Source: Salinivirgaceae bacterium (GTDB lineage: Bacteria > Bacteroidota > Bacteroidia > Bacteroidales > SZUA-534). From it: a DNA stretch of 53,058 nucleotides. Below, piece by piece: positions 25,411 through 34,582 of the stretch. The position numbers and the translations under genes are program-made. Numbering within the stretch: the stretch's first letter is position 1; each line of letters opens with the position of its first letter. The notes beneath the pieces are model-generated. The model was not told the DNA's origin, searched no databases, and saw only the letters and a program-made list of their open reading frames with translations. Location: contig JAKSOL010000022.1 of assembly GCA_024405635.1 (NCBI GenBank), positions 1-53,058 of the forward strand, in the 5' to 3' direction.

Positions 25411-28400
25411 TTATTCTTTGGTAATTTGTTTTACCTCAACAGCATCGTTGCTAATTACGCGAACAATGTAGTTGCCTGCAGCAAGGTTGGTTAAGTCGAT
25501 GCGGTTAATTGAACCGTTCGATTGCTCAACAATTACTTTTGCACCTGTTACGGCAAACACTTCAATTGTTGCACCATCGGCAGCAACAACGTTTACGTAA
25601 TCTGAAGCTGGGTTAGGATAAACACTAATGTTTGCTAATTGCTCGTTAACAGCATCCGATTTCAAATCAACAGTTTTTGAAGCTGCAGCACTAGCATTGC
25701 CAGCCAAGTCAGTTATTGCACCCTCAGCAGCTGTCAATACAATTTGTTTTGCATTAGCATCTGCTTCAACAGTAAAGGTTAAGTTAACCACGTCAACTTT
25801 GGTAATTTTACCACCTTTAATTTTGAACTTCTTGTCGTCAAGAGCTTTAATTTTCTCGCTTACGTTTACAGTGAATACTACTGGACTTACGTTGCCGTCA
25901 GCCTCAAGAGTAATTACTGGAGCAGTTACATCGTAAGTAAATGCTATTGCATACTTTTCAGTTGTGATATTGCCAGCAGAATCGGCAACACACAAGTTAA
26001 TGTTGGTTGTTACTTCACCTTCGGCTGAAGGAACAATTGTAACAATGTAGTTCTTGCTGTTATTAGCGATAAGAGTTGCTGTTGCGTTGGTTGCTGTTAT
26101 GCTATCATGAACAAATCCAAATACACCCTCGTTAAAGTCAAATGTAACTTTAACTGTGTCGTTGTAGTATGCCAATAAGCTATTTGCATTGGTAGTTAAT
26201 TCAGCAGCTTTGTTGTCGAGTTTAACGCGATACAAATTATTGAATTTATCTACCATAGTTGATGTTGCAACAAATAGTACAGTGTCGTCATTGTAGTCAA
26301 TAACAATGCAGTTATTCATGTCAATGTCAGCTATACCATTGTTTGTTGCAAACGATAAACGATCAATATTTTCGTTTTCGGCAACAGTGTATGCAAAGTG
26401 TAATTCGTTACCAACCACATTGCTAAATACTGCTTTGCGTCCTGTATTCATTGTAATGCTTGGCAAACTATTGTTGTTAGTGGTATCAATTAAAGAAATT
26501 ACACTATTAAACGATAGCGAAAGGTCAATTTCTTTGCCTGCGTTGTAAGCATAATTGGCGTATGTTGTGCCAAATGCAACTGGTTTTGTGTTAGTAACTT
26601 CGGCCGAAACCAGAATAGTGTCAATGCCTATGTTTGTTTTAACAAATAGGGTATCGGTGTAGGTAGCAATTGAGTCGGAACCTATAAATTTTACTCTACA
26701 AATATTATCTGATGTGTTTGGTTTAATAGTGGTTGAGTAGTTGTAGTTATCAAAGTTAAAGTACTCACCATCGGCTATATCAAATTTGACAATATTAATG
26801 TTGACACAACCTGTGTTGCTTAAGCTAAGTTTTGATGTCGAGTATTCGTTTTTAGCAATATTTGTCATTGCTATTGCTGATTTGTTGTACTCGTAACTTG
26901 GGGTAGCATTAGCATACAAAACTTGTGAACCGATTTCACTAGGGTTGTTTGCTTGAGGGCTTGATATTTTAGCATAAGCATAGGATTGATCAGCAACTTC
27001 CTTAATAACTACGGGTATTGTAACATTAACCGTGTCGTTAGCAGCAAGGATAATAGTGTCAGCATTAGTATAATGGTTGATTTTACTATTGAAAACGTAA
27101 TAGGTCATTGTACCGCTGTTATTGTTTTTGAGTGTTGCAACAATATTGGCAGTAGTATCACCACAATTAGCATTCAAAGTAGGTGTGCGGTTTACTGTTG
27201 TAATAGTATAATAGTCCTCAACCTTATATTTCAATGGTATATCAACAGTTGTTTTGTTTGAATCATTGTAAACATTATTAAGAGTTAAAGTAACGGTTTC
27301 CTCAAAAGTGCCTACAGTTGTTGAATATCTTAAACAAATAACAATACCAGTACTGTCGCCTCGATTAATGTAGTTGTTATTAGTAAAGTAATAGTTATTG
27401 ATGTAATTATTAGTATTTGTATATGAAAGATTCATAGTCATTACAAAATCGCTAACGTTCTTTACCCAAATAGTGTCATATACATAGTAATAAGAATTTT
27501 TAACCACACTAATGTCAAATGCTGGTTTTGACAAAGTATAGGCAAAGTTATTACTACTTGCTTCTAATGAACAGAATGATGAAATGCTCGATGGAGAAGC
27601 ATTACTATTAATAAAATAAGTAGTGCGATTAACTCCAGCATTTTTTATATCCCAAGTTAATGGCACAATCAAAGTAGTGTCTTTTGCTGGAGCAATTACA
27701 ACATTATCAATAATTGATTCAGGCATTACCTCAAATTCGAAAGTTTTAGTATTGAATATTGGCAATCCCATTTCGTAATAGATGCTATCGGCAGCACCGT
27801 CAAATTTGTAGGTTGTTGTGTTGCCATTAAAAGTTACGCGAACAAAACCATCTTTTCCATAGTTGTTGTCAAATGCATACATCATTAATGCGTATTTACC
27901 TGGTAACAAATTAATTGTTTTTTCAAGTCCATTTACCTCTTCTGCCGAACCACCAGTATAAAATTGAGGGTAAGCATTCTGATTGTTAATGTCTTTAGCA
28001 TCAATTATTCTAATACTAACGTATGAACTAAGAATACTGTCTATTTCAATACTTCCTTGTGGATAGTTTAATATTGATAATTTAAGGTCGGCTGAACCAA
28101 CATTACTAATCGTTATAGTGTCGTTAGGTATTTTAGCATTAGTATCGCCAAATACAATTGAAGGCGTGTTGTTGCTATAGTAGCGATTATTAATTTTTAT
28201 CGATGGACTTCCGTAGCCATTGGCTGCAATAGGAATGTTTAAAGTGGTATCGCTAAGCGCAACAACAATAGTGTCGGTAAATTGGCCAATCGAGTCTGGC
28301 TCAAATCCTAATACAATATCAATCTGTGTGTCGGTAACTACATAATCTTCGCACCAAAAATTCGAGTTATTTTTTAAATAAACTGAAGTAGCATTAAACA

Positions 28401-30723
28401 CTTTGTTGCCCTTGTTAATAATGCTAATGGTGTCTAAACTTTCTATATTAACGCCAGCATCTTTAATGCTAAAGTTTTGAACCTCAGCAATTAATTTACC
28501 ATCAGTCACGTTTATTGTATAGGATAATATTGTGTTGTTTTGTGCAGCATCGGTCGTAATAATATACGAAACCTTGTTTGTTGCTCCTTCAATAAATGTG
28601 TTACTATTAGGCACATCAAACTCAATTTGTTTTGATGTATTTTTTTCAATAGTGCCAGTTGCTAAATAGATAGGTTCTGATCCTTCTATATTAAATTGTT
28701 TTGTTTCTGTTATGCTAAAATCAGAATCACCACCTTTTACAATCAAATTACCATAGTCATCGGTAAGAGTGTAGTATCCCCCATTCCACCCATCACCATA
28801 ACTATCTTTTGCAACAAATGTGTAGGTGCCAGGTTTAAGTGTAATAGTATCGTAGTAATAATGAGAAGTCGTTGTGTAAGTATAGTATGGTTTACTAAAT
28901 ACTTCATTACCATTATTATCAAGTATTTCCCATCCAATTTCGCCAGCGTAGTTGCCAGAATAAATTGTAATGGCAACTTTTTCATAAAGAGGACTAATAG
29001 AGTAGTTTAAGTTAATATTGCTACTAGTGTTAGTAACCAAAACTGATGCTTTAGCAATTTGGCCAGCTTTAATGTCAATATTACTTTCGTTTGTTGCTGT
29101 GTAGGTAGCTTTCTCAACTGTTTTTGCTTTAATAGGAATGCGTATTGTAGAGTCTAAATTGTAGTTATAATTTTTTATACTAATCAGCAATGTGTCAGTA
29201 TATTCTTTTGATTGGTTGCTCAAGTTGTTTGTATAGATATCTATTACAATAGAATCGCCTTTATAACTAGCGTAATCTGTACAAGCATCAATGTAACAAG
29301 TATTATTAACACAATTGGCATTCTGCAAGAAAAAATCAAAGCCTTTATTTACCAATGATATGGTTTGCTTGTTTGTGGATGTAATATCCACTAAGCCAAA
29401 ATCAATTGCTTGTTTATTGGTAAAGAAATTCAAATCATTTTTTTGTGGCTCAATGTAAATTCCAGCTTCATTAATATAGTCGTAGTCTTCAGTTTGAAGG
29501 TACAAAGCAGCTTCAGGATTTGCTACAATGGCTTGTTTTGTGTCAATATCAAGTTTAATTGTTTTTAATTCGCCTGGAGCAAGTGTAATTATATTGCCAT
29601 TATATTTAATATAACGATTTGGGAAGACATCTTTTACATTGCATAAGGCTCCTCCATTGTTATAAAAATATGCATAAAATTCATTTCCCAAAGAAATAAT
29701 TTGTGCTCTACCGCAATAACTGTAATCAATGTCTATTAAGGTATGATTAAATAGAATTAATTTCATAATTCTATTACTAGAATAATAATTACCAGGTTCA
29801 TTACCATACCACATATCGTCGGTTGGGTTGTATTTTAATGAAGTAAAGTAATAGTTATCATAAATGTCATAAACTTCAAGTTCTTTACCTTTTGTGTCTA
29901 AGACATGTATTTTAGAGCGGTCTTGAGTGGAATAAAATGCAATATTCTTGTCTTTGGTTAGCGAAACGGAATAATAATAGTTCCAATCGTTGTCTATTTC
30001 CATTCCAGCAACTTTAAAAGATTTTTCAGCTAGCGAACCATCAAGATTAAATGCGTCAAACTTTGTATAGAGAGGATTATATAACCAAACATATTGACCA
30101 TCAAACACACCGTCAACATAAGGGTAGTCAAGTGAGACTTTGCTGCTGATTAGTTCGTGTGTCTTTGCATTTAGCACCAAGTAAAAAAAGGCTTCACCTA
30201 AATCAATACACGTAAAAGCCACACTATCTGCTTCAACATAATAATAATACTCACCTCCATAGTCTATGCTATCAAAAATGCCGCCTTCAAAAGAAATTGA
30301 GTTGTTTGAATTAATTTCAAAACCGGGAAGATTAGCATAACTAATTGTAGGATAGAACGATATGGTTTCGTCGGTAGTGTTTTTTAAAGTAAAGTGTTGG
30401 GTAAATGCAGTGTCTGTGTTCGCAATTTTGTAATATGCGCTATTAGGAATAATAGTAATATCTGTTTGTGGAGAATACTTTGATGGAACCGAGAAAGACT
30501 TTGCTGATTTACTAGCATTAGCCATTTCTTTAGCTTCTTTAACTTTTGCCTTTTGCATTTGTTCCAATTTGGCTTTTTTTTCTTTTAGCCCCTTTAAAAA
30601 GTCGGCTTTTGTTGTTAGGTTTTGTTGTGCGTTGGCTGTGTTGAGTGCCAAAACACAAATAACCGCAGCGGTAAGTAGGTTTCTAAAACCCCTTGTCGCA
30701 ATTTGTAACACATTGTGTGTCAT
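25411..30723 (-). CDS. Large T9SS type-A sorting domain surface protein with repeated Ig-like (choice-of-anchor D-like) domains
   Basis: Signal peptide (..ANA-Q); repeated hydrophobic-x-N-x-G Ig motifs; DSYGDGWNGG module; DVTAP/DLAGN Ig domains; CTD ISVYPNPASD...LAAGNYIVRV; 1770 aa. Confidence 0.88.
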   Translation of the reverse strand: MTHNVLQIATRGFRNLLTAAVICVLALNTANAQQNLTTKADFLKGLKEKKAKLEQMQKAKVKEAKEMANASKSAKSFSVPSKYSPQTDITIIPNSAYYKIANTDTAFTQHFTLKNTTDETISFYPTISYANLPGFEINSNNSISFEGGIFDSIDYGGEYYYYVEADSVAFTCIDLGEAFFYLVLNAKTHELISSKVSLDYPYVDGVFDGQYVWLYNPLYTKFDAFNLDGSLAEKSFKVAGMEIDNDWNYYYSVSLTKDKNIAFYSTQDRSKIHVLDTKGKELEVYDIYDNYYFTSLKYNPTDDMWYGNEPGNYYSSNRIMKLILFNHTLIDIDYSYCGRAQIISLGNEFYAYFYNNGGALCNVKDVFPNRYIKYNGNIITLAPGELKTIKLDIDTKQAIVANPEAALYLQTEDYDYINEAGIYIEPQKNDLNFFTNKQAIDFGLVDITSTNKQTISLVNKGFDFFLQNANCVNNTCYIDACTDYASYKGDSIVIDIYTNNLSNQSKEYTDTLLISIKNYNYNLDSTIRIPIKAKTVEKATYTATNESNIDIKAGQIAKASVLVTNTSSNINLNYSISPLYEKVAITIYSGNYAGEIGWEILDNNGNEVFSKPYYTYTTTSHYYYDTITLKPGTYTFVAKDSYGDGWNGGYYTLTDDYGNLIVKGGDSDFSITETKQFNIEGSEPIYLATGTIEKNTSKQIEFDVPNSNTFIEGATNKVSYIITTDAAQNNTILSYTINVTDGKLIAEVQNFSIKDAGVNIESLDTISIINKGNKVFNATSVYLKNNSNFWCEDYVVTDTQIDIVLGFEPDSIGQFTDTIVVALSDTTLNIPIAANGYGSPSIKINNRYYSNNTPSIVFGDTNAKIPNDTITISNVGSADLKLSILNYPQGSIEIDSILSSYVSIRIIDAKDINNQNAYPQFYTGGSAEEVNGLEKTINLLPGKYALMMYAFDNNYGKDGFVRVTFNGNTTTYKFDGAADSIYYEMGLPIFNTKTFEFEVMPESIIDNVVIAPAKDTTLIVPLTWDIKNAGVNRTTYFINSNASPSSISSFCSLEASSNNFAYTLSKPAFDISVVKNSYYYVYDTIWVKNVSDFVMTMNLSYTNTNNYINNYYFTNNNYINRGDSTGIVICLRYSTTVGTFEETVTLTLNNVYNDSNKTTVDIPLKYKVEDYYTITTVNRTPTLNANCGDTTANIVATLKNNNSGTMTYYVFNSKINHYTNADTIILAANDTVNVTIPVVIKEVADQSYAYAKISSPQANNPSEIGSQVLYANATPSYEYNKSAIAMTNIAKNEYSTSKLSLSNTGCVNINIVKFDIADGEYFNFDNYNYSTTIKPNTSDNICRVKFIGSDSIATYTDTLFVKTNIGIDTILVSAEVTNTKPVAFGTTYANYAYNAGKEIDLSLSFNSVISLIDTTNNNSLPSITMNTGRKAVFSNVVGNELHFAYTVAENENIDRLSFATNNGIADIDMNNCIVIDYNDDTVLFVATSTMVDKFNNLYRVKLDNKAAELTTNANSLLAYYNDTVKVTFDFNEGVFGFVHDSITATNATATLIANNSKNYIVTIVPSAEGEVTTNINLCVADSAGNITTEKYAIAFTYDVTAPVITLEADGNVSPVVFTVNVSEKIKALDDKKFKIKGGKITKVDVVNLTFTVEADANAKQIVLTAAEGAITDLAGNASAAASKTVDLKSDAVNEQLANISVYPNPASDYVNVVAADGATIEVFAVTGAKVIVEQSNGSINRIDLTNLAAGNYIVRVISNDAVEVKQITKE

Positions 30724-30772
30724 TTGTTTGTCTATAAATGTTTAATAAATATGTTAGGACTAATTGTGAGCG

Positions 30773-30780
30773 CAAATGTA
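30773..30780 (-). promoter_or_regulatory. -7 promoter element of the large surface-protein gene
   Basis: TACATTTG on the minus strand, 49 nt before the ATG. Confidence 0.6.
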
Positions 30781-30857
30781 TTATTTTTTACAAATAAACA
30801 TTGATATTATTCATATTTCGTAGCGAAACACTTAAATAATTGAAACAACTAATCGCA

Positions 30858-30880
30858 TTGTTGTAAGTTGTTTACAACAA
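30858..30880. promoter_or_regulatory. Perfect inverted repeat TTGTTGTAA-n5-TTACAACAA (operator or weak terminator)
   Basis: 9-bp arms in the intergenic region upstream of the large gene. Confidence 0.45.
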
Positions 30881-30958
30881 AATCATGCATGGCATCGTTG
30901 CAATACACAACAATTCATTTTAAAACAAACAAATAACAAGGAGAATGTAATAACTAAG

Positions 30959-31162
30959 CTAATTGTTATTACGAGAATTTAACCTTTTGCGGTGAACGTT
31001 GAAAAAGTACAAGCAAACAAAACAGAAAATGGCAAAGGTTATAAGGTTGTTGCCAAATTGCTGTTTAATAAGTTCGCGAATGCAAATACCAAGACAAACC
31101 AAGCTTGCAAGCAACCAAAAATATTGAACAATGCGGTTAGCTCCGCGTTGAATTTTATTCAT
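30959..31162 (-). CDS. Small two-TM hypothetical membrane protein
   Basis: Two hydrophobic helices and a basic tail; overlaps the lptC stop by 8 bp. Confidence 0.7.
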   Translation of the reverse strand: MNKIQRGANRIVQYFWLLASLVCLGICIRELIKQQFGNNLITFAIFCFVCLYFFNVHRKRLNSRNNN

Positions 31163-31730
31163 CAGTGTTTACGTTTATTATACCGCGGCCGTTTTGTATT
31201 TCCCACTGGCTAAACCTTTGGTCCGATACAAATCCTGAACCATAAATAACACCTTCATCGTTGGTTATTCTAACATCTTGGTCTGACGAAACAGTTTCTT
31301 TGTTTCTATCCCAAACCATATATTCAGTATTCAGTTTTTCTCCGTTCTCGTTTACTACTTCAACATTATTTTTAGCCACCCAAAGTCCTTGGTTTTCGTA
31401 ATAAATGGAGTAGTCGGCGCGCATACGCGATTTTATACTACCAACCGAATCGTAATAAAAAATTTCTAATCCGTTAGGGAATTCAACTGTGCTTGTTCCG
31501 TCGCTTTCAGGTAATTGTCTCAACAAAGGAGTGTTCATTTTTGCTACTAACTGGCCGTTGGTTGTGTAGGTCATTTTAACCACTTTGCCGCTCATTAGTG
31601 CCGAATCGTTTGCGAAAAACATAGCATTAACTTGCTGAATATCGTTTTCGCACGAGCACATAAAAATCAAGACTCCCATAATTGAAAGAGTCTTGATTGT
31701 GTTTTTAATATGTTTTAAAGAGGTGCTCAA
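31155..31730 (-). CDS. lptC: LPS export ABC transporter periplasmic protein LptC (lipoprotein form)
   Basis: FMCS-C lipobox, EFPNGLEIFYYD, KLNTEYMVWD and IYGSGFVSDQ; follows the TPR gene; exact start uncertain. Confidence 0.85.
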   Translation of the reverse strand: MSTSLKHIKNTIKTLSIMGVLIFMCSCENDIQQVNAMFFANDSALMSGKVVKMTYTTNGQLVAKMNTPLLRQLPESDGTSTVEFPNGLEIFYYDSVGSIKSRMRADYSIYYENQGLWVAKNNVEVVNENGEKLNTEYMVWDRNKETVSSDQDVRITNDEGVIYGSGFVSDQRFSQWEIQNGRGIINVNTDE

Positions 31731-33113
31731 TTAAAAGCGAGCCTTTGTGGTTACGTTAATCCAACCGCCAATTTTGTAATCGGCACCATCAGAAATACCA
31801 AACATAAAGGCTTCTTCTTTCTTTGGGCATTGAGCTTTGTAAGCCGAAATAAAGCTATTTACCTTGTCGGTCAACGATGGGTCTGATGCTTTTGCTTTGT
31901 TAAATTGGTCAATAGCAGCCCAATAAACAGCGCGGTGTTCAACATCTTCTTTACCAATTGATGGAGCTGCTTGAGCGTATGCAAGACCAATCATCATGTT
32001 AGCTTTACCATTGCTTGAATTGTCGGCCAAGGCTTTTAATGCCAAGTCGCGAACACGTTGATAGTTCTTTTGGTCAAGAGCAATAGCGCACCATTCAACG
32101 TAGTAGTTTGAACGTTCGTCAATATCTTCTTGTAGCGAGCAAGCTTGTTCGTAGTATGAGTTTGCTTTAGCGTTGTCTTTGCGTTGAGCAAACAAACGAG
32201 CCAAGTTGTGAGCTGCCTCAGCGCTAGGTTCAAGTTTGTATTGAGCCTCTGATGCGTTAGCAAACAATGGAGAGTCGGTGCACTCTGCTTTGTTCAATAG
32301 TTTTGTTGTTTTTTTCAACCAATCAAGATTGTCTTTGTTAGCGTCGTATTTAGCCGACAAAATGTTGATTAGCACGTCGCACGATGCTGCACCACTTTCT
32401 GAGAATAAAGCTTCAACATTGTTTGTTGCAGTTTCAAGAGCTTCAAGTTCTTTTTGAGCCGATGGTGCTTTTTTAGCATCACCGCTTTCAGCAATACCTT
32501 TGTTTAAAGCAACTGCAGCGTCAATGGTGTTCATACAAAGTTCGTAGGTTGATACAACTTCAACACCATCAACTTTTTCTGCTTTGTATTCGTCAACAAC
32601 AGTTTGCATAAGGGTTGAAATCATACCAGCTTTTGATTTGTCTTTCTCCATTTCGCACGATTTTTTAAGTGCTTGGTAAGCTTCGCCAGCCGATTCTTTG
32701 CGATATGTGTACAAGTCAAAACCTTTTTGTCCAAGTACCGATCCTTCTTGTTTTTTGAAGTATTGAATACGAGTGTCGTAAATCAACATCAAGGTGTCAA
32801 TCAGTGTTTGTTTTCTTGCTTCATCTTTTTCGTCAGCAATCAAGGCTTTGTAGATTGATGCACCACGAATAAAGGTATTCTCGCTTGCTTTTGGACATTT
32901 ATTGAACACTTCGCGCCATTTTACAACGGCGTCTTTGTAGTTCTTTTGTTTGTAAAATTCGCCATAAAGCGAGATGTTAATACTACATTCTACGCGTGAT
33001 GCGCTATCTGGTCCATAATTTGGATTTTCATGAGGTTTTTTTGCTTGTGCATTTGCCGATGCGGCAGATGCTAAGAATAAAGCCACAAAACCTAGTTTTG
33101 AGATAGTTTTCAT
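31731..33113 (-). CDS. Periplasmic tetratricopeptide-repeat protein
   Basis: Signal peptide; YGPDS...C...SLY, IDTLMLIYDTRI, YWAAIDQF and IGGWIN; helical repeats. Confidence 0.85.
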   Translation of the reverse strand: MKTISKLGFVALFLASAASANAQAKKPHENPNYGPDSASRVECSINISLYGEFYKQKNYKDAVVKWREVFNKCPKASENTFIRGASIYKALIADEKDEARKQTLIDTLMLIYDTRIQYFKKQEGSVLGQKGFDLYTYRKESAGEAYQALKKSCEMEKDKSKAGMISTLMQTVVDEYKAEKVDGVEVVSTYELCMNTIDAAVALNKGIAESGDAKKAPSAQKELEALETATNNVEALFSESGAASCDVLINILSAKYDANKDNLDWLKKTTKLLNKAECTDSPLFANASEAQYKLEPSAEAAHNLARLFAQRKDNAKANSYYEQACSLQEDIDERSNYYVEWCAIALDQKNYQRVRDLALKALADNSSNGKANMMIGLAYAQAAPSIGKEDVEHRAVYWAAIDQFNKAKASDPSLTDKVNSFISAYKAQCPKKEEAFMFGISDGADYKIGGWINVTTKARF

Positions 33114-33284
33114 TTTTATTAAGATTTAGGTTTTTATCAATTTCGCCCAATCAAGTCTCTTTCGTACTTGACTTTTCGGGGTGTCAAATTTAACAAATCT
33201 TTTTACCCTACAATAATTTTTGAGTATTGGTGCGGCTTTGGAGCCACTTTTATAATCTTTTCGAACTTCTTTTTATGTCTTTTT

Positions 33285-34010
33285 TCAGTTCTTTTTGTTC
33301 AACATTAGAATGCTGTTTAGTCCAATGGCCACTAATTGGCTGTTTTTTACTATTGATGTAGAGTTATTTGGTTGATATAAATCAGCTTCGCCTCCAGTTA
33401 TAATTACTTTAAGTTGCTCATAATCTGAACTATACCTAGAAATATATCCTTCTATTTCAAATTTTATTCCGTTGCCAATTCCTAATCCAATTGCCTCTAA
33501 AGTTGTTTTTCCGAGCAGTTTTTCGTCAACAATAGGATTTGCATGTGGTAGTTTTTTAGTGAATTGGTTCAGTGCTTTTGCTCTCATTTGAGGTCCTGGC
33601 GATATTGTTCCACCATTAAAACATCCGTCTTTGCTCACAAAGTCAAATGTTATTGCAGTACCTATATCAATAACCAATATGTTGCTTTTGGGGAATAGGC
33701 AAGTAGCACCAACGGCAGCGGCAATGCGGTCAGCTCCTAAAGTTTGAGGTGTGTTGTAGTTTATTGTGATTGGCAGTTGAGTATCGGAGCATAAATCGAT
33801 GCACCCATATTTAACAAGCCAAGGGAACAATTCTGTTGTTTTTCCTCGCGTTGAGCAAGCTATTGCTCCTTGTATGTCATAGTTTGTAACGAGTGCTTCA
33901 ACTTCGTTTTGTTGTAGGTTTGAGTCCGATTGGCAATGAACCACTTGGTTGTTGTGGTTCATTACAAATAGTTTGCACATAGTGTTGCCTATATCAACAA
34001 TCAGATTCAT
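33285..34010 (-). CDS. coaX: Type III pantothenate kinase
   Basis: IVDIGNT, TLGADRIAA, IDIGTAIT, GGTISPG and ITGG. Confidence 0.96.
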   Translation of the reverse strand: MNLIVDIGNTMCKLFVMNHNNQVVHCQSDSNLQQNEVEALVTNYDIQGAIACSTRGKTTELFPWLVKYGCIDLCSDTQLPITINYNTPQTLGADRIAAAVGATCLFPKSNILVIDIGTAITFDFVSKDGCFNGGTISPGPQMRAKALNQFTKKLPHANPIVDEKLLGKTTLEAIGLGIGNGIKFEIEGYISRYSSDYEQLKVIITGGEADLYQPNNSTSIVKNSQLVAIGLNSILMLNKKN

Positions 34011-34528
34011 TCTTCTTCCTCTTTCTTCAAAACCTCAATTAAGTGGTTGAAGAACAAAATCTTTACTAAAAAACCGTATTTTTCTGTAAACGATAGTTTT
34101 ATGGTGTAAATTTCTTTTCCTTCGCCAAGAATCCATTCGCGTTCAAGAGTTTTGTCTGCATAGTCTTGGTCGTCGGTTTCGCACCATTCGCCACGGTGTT
34201 CGTCGTCGTGCCCGTAAATGTCGAATAGCGTGTTTATCAACGATTTCATACGACTTTTGGTAATGTAACGGTCGTTTGCAGGGAATGTAATGTTTACGTG
34301 GTTTGATCCAGTTATGTTCTTTTTGTTGTTAAACATGCGGAACACTACTTTATCAAATAAACTCAACTCAACGTGTGGCAGTTGTTTTTCAAATTCAACC
34401 ATAAAAATGCCATCAATATCGTTGCTTTGAACTTCTTCATAATCGTTGTCTGAAAAGAATTTGGTAATGTCGAACGAGAAGAGTTCAAGTATGTTTTTTG
34501 GTTTGTTGAATACACTTAGAATAGTCAT
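34007..34528 (-). CDS. Hypothetical acidic cytoplasmic protein
   Basis: 173-aa ORF with ATGA overlap to coaX; TATATTTG element at 34552-34559. Confidence 0.75.
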   Translation of the reverse strand: MTILSVFNKPKNILELFSFDITKFFSDNDYEEVQSNDIDGIFMVEFEKQLPHVELSLFDKVVFRMFNNKKNITGSNHVNITFPANDRYITKSRMKSLINTLFDIYGHDDEHRGEWCETDDQDYADKTLEREWILGEGKEIYTIKLSFTEKYGFLVKILFFNHLIEVLKKEEEE

Positions 34529-34582
34529 AGTTCAATTTTTTTTGGTGTACTCAAATATATGAAAAGCAATAAAACTTGCAAA

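Noticed and set aside
25411-30723. Diversity-generating retroelement target (Asn/Tyr-rich gene)
   Set aside because: No reverse transcriptase and no template/variable repeat pair seen.
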